Assembly: GCA_031409335.1 (NCBI GenBank)
Contig: JANNWY010000085.1
Location: 1-22,030 of the forward strand
Direction of reading: 5' to 3'
Source: Chthoniobacteraceae bacterium
GTDB lineage: Bacteria; Verrucomicrobiota; Verrucomicrobiia; Chthoniobacterales; Chthoniobacteraceae
DNA: 22,030 bases
A program made the position numbers and the translations under genes. A model generated the notes under the pieces. It searched no databases, was not told where the DNA came from, and saw only the letters and a list, made by a program, of their open reading frames with translations. Positions 8,629-16,700 of this stretch are shown piece by piece; within the stretch, counting starts at the first letter, position 1; each line of letters opens with the position of its first letter.

Positions 8629-9516
8629 ATGAACTACAAATCCGGCGAAGATTCTGATTCTGGAATCAAAATTTACCTCCGCGAGATCGGTCAGATCCCG
8701 CTTCTCACGCCTGAGCAGGAGATTGAATTGGCCGCAAAAATCAAGAAGGGCGACAAGGCTGCGCGATCGCTCATGATCCGGTCCAATCTCCGGTTAGTTG
8801 TCAAAATTGCGCACGATTATGCGAACCTCGGCCTGCCGCTGCTCGACCTCATTTCAGAGGGAAATATCGGCCTAATGAAGGCGGTCGAACGCTTCGACCC
8901 TGCGAAGGGCGGCAAACTCTCGACCTACGCCGCGTGGTGGATCAAGCAATCCATCAAACGTGCGCTCGCGAACCAATCGAAGACCATCCGCCTTCCCGTC
9001 CATCTCGTGGACAAAATCTCGAAGATGCGCCGCGTCGCGCTTCAGATGAGCGAGGAACTCGGCCGCGAACCCACCGACGATGAACTCGCCGAGGAAGTGG
9101 GTCTGGCCGCGGGTAAAATCTCGCAGTTGAAGACCGTCTCGATCCGTCCGGCATCGCTGGATGCGCCGATCAGCGATGACGACTCGACGGAATTCGGCGA
9201 GATCGTCGGCGACCTCGAGGCGCTCACGCCGTTCGAAAATCTCCGCGACAAAAATCTCCGTGATGAAGTCGGTGATCTGCTCGGCGTGCTCGATGAGCGC
9301 GAGAAAAAGATCATCTTCTCTCGCTTCGGACTCGATGGTGGGAAAGCCAAGACGCTCGAAGAAGTCGGCAAGAAATTTGGTGTCACGCGTGAGCGCATCC
9401 GCCAGTTGCAAAACATCGCGCTGATGAAGCTGCGTCGTGCCTTGCAGAAAAAGGAAAAGCCAATCGAACACCTGCTCCCAGCCGGCGCAGGCAAGAACGA
9501 CAACTTTTTCGACTAG
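8629..9516 (+). CDS. RNA polymerase sigma factor, RpoD/SigA family, lacking region 1.1
   Basis: Region 1.2 [12 protein letters not shown]; region 2 NLRLVVKIA and [30 protein letters not shown]; region 4.2 [21 protein letters not shown] 8629 preferred over GTG 8599. Confidence 0.93.
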   Translation: MNYKSGEDSDSGIKIYLREIGQIPLLTPEQEIELAAKIKKGDKAARSLMIRSNLRLVVKIAHDYANLGLPLLDLISEGNIGLMKAVERFDPAKGGKLSTYAAWWIKQSIKRALANQSKTIRLPVHLVDKISKMRRVALQMSEELGREPTDDELAEEVGLAAGKISQLKTVSIRPASLDAPISDDDSTEFGEIVGDLEALTPFENLRDKNLRDEVGDLLGVLDEREKKIIFSRFGLDGGKAKTLEEVGKKFGVTRERIRQLQNIALMKLRRALQKKEKPIEHLLPAGAGKNDNFFD

Positions 9517-9543
9517 AAAAAGTCCGTCCACTAACAATCTCCA

Positions 9544-9573
9544 AAGGGCGCGTCTGGCAACGGGCGCGCCCTT
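9544..9573. terminator. Hairpin between the convergent sigma-factor and pyk genes (probable terminator)
   Basis: 13-bp stem AAGGGCGCGTCTG/CGGGCGCGCCCTT (2 G-U pairs on +) with a GCAA tetraloop; only a short U-tract. Confidence 0.6.
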
Positions 9574-9581
9574 CCAGTTTG

Positions 9582-10985
9582 CTATGGGACGATGCGGAGT
9601 TGCACCGAATCGAAACGGTCTTCGCCAGAAAGCATGTCGCTCACGATCACGAGACGATCGCCGGATTTCGTGAAGCCGGCTTCGAGCAGCAGGCGTTGCG
9701 CGGAGCCGATGGTCCGCAGCGGATTGGGGTCGAATGGCAGGTAGTGCGGAGTCACGCCCCAGTTCAGCACGAGCTGGCGGCACACCTCGTAGGTCGGGGT
9801 AAAGGCGTGGATCGGCGCGGAGGCGGGGCGCAGATTTGAAACGCAATCTGCCGTGAAACCGCTGCGCGTGAAGACGACCAGCCGCGCGCCCGGCAGCGAG
9901 TTCGCGAGGCTCACCGCGGAATGCACCGTCTTCTGACGGTCGTTCTCCAAGATCGCCTCCCCAGCGAATCCCGCGCCGCCGCTGCGCTCGATCCGCTCGG
10001 TCACGCGCGCGAGCACTTTCACCGCGGCGATCGGATACTTCCCCACCGTCGTCTCACCGCTCAGCATGACGCAATCCGCCTGCTCAAACGCCGCATTCGC
10101 CACGTCCGTGATCTCCGCGCGCGTCGGCACCGGATTCGAGATCATCGACTCCAGCATGTGCGTCGCCACGATCACCGGGCGGCCTTTTTGCAGGCAGCGT
10201 TTCACGATCTTCCGCTGGATGATCGGCAATTCCTCCATCGGGCATTCCACGCCGAGATCGCCGCGCGCCACCATCACCACGTCCGTCGCGTCGATGATGC
10301 CATTGATGTTTCGCACCGCCGACTGATCCTCGATTTTCGAGATGATACGCGCCTTGCTGCCGTGCTCGTGCAGCACCTTGCGCAGCGCCAGCACATCCCC
10401 CGCCTCCCGGCAAAAACTCAGCGCGAAAAAATCCACGCCCAGCTCCGTCCCCACCGCGACATCCGCGAGGTCCTTCTCCGTCAGCGGCGGCAGGCCGACT
10501 TTCACTCCCGGCAGATTGATGTGCCGTCGCGAACCCATCACCCCGTCCGTCAGCACTTCACACCGGATGCGGCTCCCATCTTTCGCCAGCACTTTCATGT
10601 GAATCACGCCGTTATCGACCAGCACCGTGTCGCCCACGGAGATATCATCGGTCAGCCCATCGTAATTCACATCCACGGAATACTCCTCCTCGCTCTTCGA
10701 GCCGCGCACGGTGAACTCGAAAATATCGCCCGGCTTTAGGTTCAGCTTCGTCGGCAGGTCGCCCGTCCGAATCGCCGGCCCCTGCGTGTCCATCAGGATT
10801 CCCACGATGACTCCGAGTTCCTTCGCGATCGCCCGGATCCGCGGCACGATCACGCGCACCCAGTCGTGCGTCGCGTGGCTCATGTTCAGGCGGAACACAT
10901 TCGCCCCCGCCTCGACCATCTGGCTCAACACCTCGGCAGCTTCCGTAGCCGGCCCGAGCGTACAAATAATTTTTGTCTTTCGCAT
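9582..10985 (-). CDS. pyk: Pyruvate kinase
   Basis: MRKTKIICTLGPAT, FRLNMSH, DTQGPAIRTG, ISKIED, MVARGDLGVE, ATHMLESM..NPVPTRAEITDVANA, MLSGET. ATG at 10985. Confidence 0.97.
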   Translation of the reverse strand: MRKTKIICTLGPATEAAEVLSQMVEAGANVFRLNMSHATHDWVRVIVPRIRAIAKELGVIVGILMDTQGPAIRTGDLPTKLNLKPGDIFEFTVRGSKSEEEYSVDVNYDGLTDDISVGDTVLVDNGVIHMKVLAKDGSRIRCEVLTDGVMGSRRHINLPGVKVGLPPLTEKDLADVAVGTELGVDFFALSFCREAGDVLALRKVLHEHGSKARIISKIEDQSAVRNINGIIDATDVVMVARGDLGVECPMEELPIIQRKIVKRCLQKGRPVIVATHMLESMISNPVPTRAEITDVANAAFEQADCVMLSGETTVGKYPIAAVKVLARVTERIERSGGAGFAGEAILENDRQKTVHSAVSLANSLPGARLVVFTRSGFTADCVSNLRPASAPIHAFTPTYEVCRQLVLNWGVTPHYLPFDPNPLRTIGSAQRLLLEAGFTKSGDRLVIVSDMLSGEDRFDSVQLRIVP

Positions 10986-11038
10986 AACCACGAAAGACAA
11001 GCCCGCGCCGCAAAGGCAAACGCAAACCGTCGCGCGTC

Positions 11039-11434
11039 CTATTTCTTCGACAAAACTTTGAGCGCCTTCTTCGTATCGGACGCGCGCACGATCAGCAGAC
11101 CGCGTTTCGCGCCCGGACTCGTGGCGAGGTAGGCGTATTCGATGTTGATCTTCGCCTTCGCCAGCTTGGCCGCGATGATCGCGAGCGAGCCTGGTTTATT
11201 GGAATTCTCGATCATCAGCACCTTCGCCTCCACCACCAGCACGCCGCGCGATTCAAAAAGATCGAGCGCCTTCCGCGGCTCACTCACCACCATCCGCACG
11301 ATCGCGTGATCGACACTGTCCGAGATCGTCAGCGCGAAAATGTTCACCTTCTGCCGGGCGAGTTCCTTGCAGACTTCGGCGAGGGTGCCGGGTTTGTTTT
11401 CGAGAAAGAGCGAGAGTTGTTGTGCGATTTCCAT
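11039..11434 (-). CDS. Tandem ACT-domain protein (131 aa)
   Basis: Two ACT starts: QLSLFLENKPGTLAEV...VNI and IENSNKPGSLA...INIEYAY. ATG at 11434; the upstream extension in the ORF track looks non-coding. Confidence 0.88.
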   Translation of the reverse strand: MEIAQQLSLFLENKPGTLAEVCKELARQKVNIFALTISDSVDHAIVRMVVSEPRKALDLFESRGVLVVEAKVLMIENSNKPGSLAIIAAKLAKAKINIEYAYLATSPGAKRGLLIVRASDTKKALKVLSKK

Positions 11435-11487
11435 GCGGGAATCCTTCGCTCTCACACTGCGCGAGTCGAGGGGAACTTTCCACCGTC

Positions 11488-11569
11488 CCGTGGCTTGCCG
11501 CTCCAGCGGCGAGCAGGAAAAGCGGAAGGCGAAAAACATCCCGCCAACTTTCCGGCCAGCAAACCACGG
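11488..11569. repeat. Intergenic palindromic (REP-like or structured) element
   Basis: Hairpin GCTTGCCGC-TCCA-GCGGCGAGC (11493-11514) and a 10/11 inverted repeat, CCGTGGCTTGC (11488-11498) with GCAAACCACGG (11559-11569). Confidence 0.5.
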
Positions 11570-11647
11570 AATGAGAACCGCCGCTGTCGTGGTCCAAAAA
11601 AATCGGACTGGCGCTGCCGGGCGTGTCGAAATGTCCGCATCACCAGT

Positions 11648-11676
11648 TTGGCAATACTCTCGCGACTGCATATGCT
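11648..11676 (+). promoter_or_regulatory. Putative sigma70 promoter of the DUF6421-type gene
   Basis: TTGGCA-N17-TATGCT, ending 9 nt before ATG 11686. Confidence 0.6.
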
Positions 11677-11685
11677 GAAGACGAA

Positions 11686-13737
11686 ATGACGAACCTCGCG
11701 CAACGCAAACTGGCGCGCGTGCTCTTCGACGAATTCCACAGCGAAAGCTGGTCGGTTTCCGCCGGACGCGCGCGGGAGATGCAGCCGGAAGATCCGGCAA
11801 ATGCTTCGTATCAAAACGCGGCCGAGGAACTGGCGCGGCGCGATTTTTCCATCGCACGTAATATCGACGCGCCGCTGACGGCGGAGGTGCTGGCGGGGGC
11901 GGACTTGCTGGTGCTGGCGCATCCGTGCGATCCGAAATGGGAGCGGACGACTTCGCAGAATTCGTCGGCGCTTTCGGCGGAGGAAACGCGGGATGTTTTG
12001 GCGTGGGTGCGGGCGGGTGGGGGATTGCTGCTCATCACGGAATACGAGCATGACAAGTATGGCGACAATTTGAACGAGCTGCTCGCGGCTGCCGGGCTGC
12101 GCATCGAGAATGGGAAAATCTTTGATCGTTCGGCGTGCGCGCATGAAAATCCCGAGTGGATTCTCGCCGCTCCCGCGCCGGATTCGCCGCTCGGGCACAG
12201 TGCTGCGCGGGCGTGTTTTTACCGGGCGAGCTGGTGTGTGGCGGAGGGCGGGGCCACGATCGCCTGGCGGGCGACGGCGCAGGCGCATCCGCAAAATGCG
12301 GGCGTGATCGGCGCTGGCGGGATTGGGGCGGGGCGCGTCGTGGTGGTCACGGATTCGGTGATTTTTGGCGATGAGCGGTTGGGGGCGTTCGATCATCGCC
12401 AGCTTTGGTTGAATCTCGCGTATTGGCTGGCGGCTCCAGCTTTTCAAAAAGCGAAGGTCGAACGCGGCGAAGTGACGGCGGATGAGGCGTGGCCGGAGTT
12501 GAAAAGTGCGATCAACGAACTGCGCGCGCTCCAGCAGCCGAACGGCGGCGTGGAATCCTCCGCGCACGAGCCCGCCGCCGCGGGTGTCGCGCGCATCACG
12601 ACCGCGCTCGAAAACATCCGTCCCATTTTCCCCCATCAGTCCGCATACTTCTCATCGCTCGTGGCCGATTTCGCGGCGTGGAAAAGTGGCGGTTTCCCGA
12701 AGCCGGATTTTGCGGCGTCGCTCGCGGCGTTCGAGCCGCAGCGGCATCGGCGCGATAGCATCGAGCATCTGGTCGTCTTCCCGCTCTACACGCCGAACGC
12801 ATCGAGCGACACGCGCTTCGAGGCGCTGCTCATGCGCACGCCGTGGCCGGACTGGCTCGCCGCGTTGGAGCGCACGCAGTATCGCAACGACAAATTCGTC
12901 CCCGGCCATCTCGTCGATTTCACCGACGGCTACGCGAGCGAATGTGCGGTGCTTTTTCCCGAGACGGTGTCGCTGCTGGATCGTCCGTCGAATCACTTCG
13001 GCGTGATCTTTTGCGACCGCGAAGCCGCGCGGCTGCAACGCTGCGCGCAGCGTTCGGCGGTGGCGGTGAATTTCGCGCTGCATCCCGAACTCGAATGCTG
13101 GCTGGGCTCGCTGCCGCTCATTCAGGACACGGTGGCGCTGTGGGACTTGATTCACGACCGCTCGCACAGTCTTGGCGAGCTGCCGTTCGATCCGTTTATG
13201 ATCCGGCAGCGCGCGCCGTTTTGGATGTATGGGCTGGAGGAATTGCGCGTCGATCTCCGCAGTTTCGGGGAAGCCGCGCGGCTCGCGGAGACGTTTCCGT
13301 TCGCGCGCTACGTTTGCTTTGCGATCCTGCTCGATCGCATCTTCCGCTTCCCGATCACTGGCACGCGCGTGCGGAATTACGACGCGCTCGGCGGCCAGTT
13401 GCTGTTTGCTTATTTGCACCAGAAGGACGTGCTGCTCTGGTGCGACAACCGGCTCACCGTCCGCTGGGACTTGCTGGAATCAGGCTTCGCGGGGCTGCGC
13501 GAAGAACTCACGACGCTCTACAAACTCGGCGCGGATTGCTCGAAGATGAGCTTCTGGCTCGCCGCGCACGATCTCGTCTCGCGGTATGTGAAACCGAATG
13601 TCGCCTCCAAATGGAAAGCCGACACGCGCGCCATCGACGACGAAACGGATCCTAAAAAATGGCTCGCGCTGGTGCATCCCGACGAGTTTCCGCTCGGGAA
13701 TTTCCACGTCAATCTCCAGCGGCGGCTCCTGGGCTAG
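11686..13737 (+). CDS. DUF6421-family protein with an N-terminal GATase-like/DUF4350-like domain; putative metal-dependent hydrolase
   Basis: The C-terminal ~420 aa match my recollection of actinobacterial DUF6421 (HLVVFPLYT, WPDWLA.LE, AVLFPET, IFCDREAAR, WDLIHDRSHSLGELPFDPFMI.QR.PFWMYGLEELR.DL, RNYDALGGQLLF, PDEFPL). The N-terminus has VLFDEFHSE, DLLVL, WVRAGGGLLLI, GAGRVVVVTDS. Confidence 0.85.
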   Translation: MTNLAQRKLARVLFDEFHSESWSVSAGRAREMQPEDPANASYQNAAEELARRDFSIARNIDAPLTAEVLAGADLLVLAHPCDPKWERTTSQNSSALSAEETRDVLAWVRAGGGLLLITEYEHDKYGDNLNELLAAAGLRIENGKIFDRSACAHENPEWILAAPAPDSPLGHSAARACFYRASWCVAEGGATIAWRATAQAHPQNAGVIGAGGIGAGRVVVVTDSVIFGDERLGAFDHRQLWLNLAYWLAAPAFQKAKVERGEVTADEAWPELKSAINELRALQQPNGGVESSAHEPAAAGVARITTALENIRPIFPHQSAYFSSLVADFAAWKSGGFPKPDFAASLAAFEPQRHRRDSIEHLVVFPLYTPNASSDTRFEALLMRTPWPDWLAALERTQYRNDKFVPGHLVDFTDGYASECAVLFPETVSLLDRPSNHFGVIFCDREAARLQRCAQRSAVAVNFALHPELECWLGSLPLIQDTVALWDLIHDRSHSLGELPFDPFMIRQRAPFWMYGLEELRVDLRSFGEAARLAETFPFARYVCFAILLDRIFRFPITGTRVRNYDALGGQLLFAYLHQKDVLLWCDNRLTVRWDLLESGFAGLREELTTLYKLGADCSKMSFWLAAHDLVSRYVKPNVASKWKADTRAIDDETDPKKWLALVHPDEFPLGNFHVNLQRRLLG

Positions 13738-13746
13738 CGCCGAAGG

Positions 13747-16700
13747 CTACAGCGAATCGCGTTTGCGGGAACGGCGGCTGAGGAGGCCGAGCGCGCCGAG
13801 GATGAGCAGGCTGGCGGAGCCGGGTTCTGGCACGGGTTGCACCACGCCTTCGCCGAATCCGATGTCTGCATTTTCACCAAACCCGGGAGCAGGCGCGGGC
13901 GCGGCTGCGCCGAAATTGACGGTCGCGCCATCGGCGATCGAGAGGTCTGCGATCGTTTGACTGGAGGTGATATTCGTCGTGCCGTCGTTTGCCGTGAGGA
14001 TGAACGCGCCCGCTCCGAGCGTGCCGTTTAATGTGAGCGTGCCGTCGCCTTCGCGGATCATTTCGCCATCGCCAAAGTCCGGCGCGACCGTCGTCGTCGT
14101 CCCGCCAGCGATGTCGAAAGTGCGCGGGCCGCTGACGAGGTTGATGATGTTCAGATTCGCTCCGGTGTATCCGGCATTGGTGATCGCGACATTTCCAGTC
14201 GTGGTCAAATCGCCGCCGAGATTGAGCACGGCGTCCTGGTTGTTGACGTTGAATTTCACCTGAATCTCGCCGCCGCTCGCGGTGATGCCGCCGGGGCCGA
14301 TATTGAGCGTCGAGGGGCCACCGTTGCCAGCGATGCGCAGGATGCCGTTTGCGCCGGGAGCCGCGTCGATGACGAGTGCGTTGAGCGTCGCGGTGAAATT
14401 GCTGCCGACGCCGAGGATGCCGCTCGTCAAGGTGGCGGTCCCGAGGACGGTGAAGCCATTTCGCAGGATGACCTGTCCGCCGGCCGCGCCGCCGACGCTG
14501 GAATTGGCCACGAGATTTTGCACCGTTTCCAGCGCATTCTGGGTCGGGATCGAATCGGCGGAACTGCCGGTGAAGGTGAGCGTGGCGGTGTTTGGAATCT
14601 GCTCGCCGGTGAGCAGCGCGAGCTGGCCCGTGCCGGTGATGACGATGTTCCCGCCGACGGCATCGATGCCATCGCCTTTCGCGAGTTGCAGGATGCCGGC
14701 GCTGACGGTGGTTGGTCCCGTGTTGGTGTTTGGGTTCGCGCCATTGATCTGCAAGGTGCCGCCACCGGCCTCGATCTGACCCACGCCGGCGATGTCGCCA
14801 CCGAGCGTGCCGCCCGCGCCAAACCGGAGCGTGCCCGCGTTCAGCGTGATCGGCCCGAACAGGTTTGCCGCCGCGGACAAGGTCACGAAATTGGCCTGAT
14901 CTTTTTGCAGCGTGCCGAAGCCGGAAAGCGCATTGGCAAAACCAACGTCGTCCGGCCGGTTCAAGACGAGCGTGCCATCATTCGCGATCGCGCCCGGCAG
15001 CGCACCCGCGCCGCTGGTCACGCCGTCGCCAATCCGCAAAACGCTGCCAGCGCCGATGGTGGTGCCGCCGGTGAAATCATTGGTGCCGGTGTTGGCGATG
15101 GTGAGCGTGCCGGCGCCAGTTTTGGTGAGGCTGGTCGCGCCGCTGATCCTTCCAGTGCCGGTGAAGGTGTAGTTCTTGGCGGTGTTGTCCACGATCACGC
15201 CATTTGGGGAAAGCGCGGTGGTTAAATTGACGGTCGTGGTGCCGGTCGCGCTGTCATCGAAATTCGCGGTGTCGATGCCGATCGGACCTTGGAAATATCG
15301 CGTCGCCGCATTGCCGAGCGTGGTCAGCCAGTTTTGCGTGCCGGTCGCGCCGGTGCCATCCGGGTCGATGTCCCAGTTGCCGCCCGCGACATTGCCGTTC
15401 CATTTGACCTGCTCGATGCCGGAGATGTCGAGGTCCACGCGGCTGTCGATCGTGTTGTTCACGAGCGTCCCGGCGATGCGCCCGGGCAGGCTCAGCGCGA
15501 GCGAGGGAAAGCCGGTGAGGCTGGTGTAGGAAAAGAGCGGGATGCCGGTCGCGGCGGTCAGTGCGGAGCCAGTCACGCGCAGGGTCGTCGCGCCATTGAC
15601 GCTCAACGTTCCCGTGGAAATGACGGGCGTGAATGGATTGCCGAGCGCTGCCGTGGCGAGCACGACGGTCGAACCGGCGGCGGTATTCAGGCTGGTCGAA
15701 ATCAGCGTGGTGCCTGCCGTCACCATATTCACGCCGAGCGTCGCGCCGCCGGAGATGGACACCGCTCCCGCGACTTGCGCGGGCGTGGTAAGCAGCGTGC
15801 CCTGGCTGACGAGGGTGTCGCCGGTGTAAGTGCTGGCGCTGGCCGCGGTGAGTTGCAGCGTGCCCGTGCCCGTTTTCGTGAGGCCCCCCGCGCCCGCGAT
15901 GTCCGGCGCGATCGTCGTGGTGGTGCCTGCGCCGATGTCAAAAGTGCGCGTGCTCGTGAGGGCGATCTGGCGCAGATTTCCGCCGAGAAAGTTGCCGTCG
16001 GTGAAAGCCACGTTGCCCGTGGTCGTCACGTCGCCATCGAGATTCAGCACCGCATCGAACCCGCCCGCGCCCTGCCCCACTTGGATCGTGCCGCCGCTCG
16101 CGACGATGCCGGCTGCGCCGACATTCAGCGTGGAAGGTCCGCTGTTCGCCGCGATGCGGATGATTGGGGTACCGCTCAAGTTCAGCCCGCCGACGGTCGC
16201 GGTGTGGCCGCTCGCAGTGGAGAAAACGGTGGTGTTTTGCGCGGTGACAAGCCCGCTCACGACGAAGCCGTTGTTCGCGATGATCTGCGCGTTCGTGTCG
16301 GCGCCGTTGATGAGATTCAGCGTGCCGATGGTTTCATTGATGACGACGGTTCCGCCGTTGGCGGCCTTGTTGTAATTGATCGTCACCGTGTCCTCGATCT
16401 GGTCCGGCTGCAAAAGCGACAGTCCGCCGGTGCCGGTGAAATTGATCGTGTTGAGGATGGCGTTGCCGCCGCTCTGGTTGAGCTGCAATACGCCGCCACT
16501 CACATACGTCACGCCGTTGAACGTGTTGCTGCCGACGCCCGCGAGTCGCAGCGTGCCGCCCTGCACCGCGAGCGTGCCGGAGCCGCTCACCAGGCCATTC
16601 ACCGTGCCGCCCGCGTCGTAGCGCAGCGTGCCCGCGTTGATCGCCACGTCGCCGGTCGTCATCGCGTTGGTGAAATTCACGGTATTCGTGTTGTTCTTCG

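Noticed and set aside
8872..9846. 324-aa ORF antisense to the sigma factor, and similar antisense ORFs over comM and pyk
   Set aside because: Typical stop-free antisense frames produced by codon bias of conserved genes.
11648..11664. GG-N10-GC sigma54-like spacing upstream of the DUF6421 gene
   Set aside because: The -12 element is TCGC, and the same bases form a better sigma70 -35 with a correctly spaced TATGCT.
11452..12636. 394-aa minus ORF and the N-terminal extension of the ACT ORF to 11857
   Set aside because: They overlap the well-supported DUF6421 gene and its promoter, and the sequence is not protein-like.
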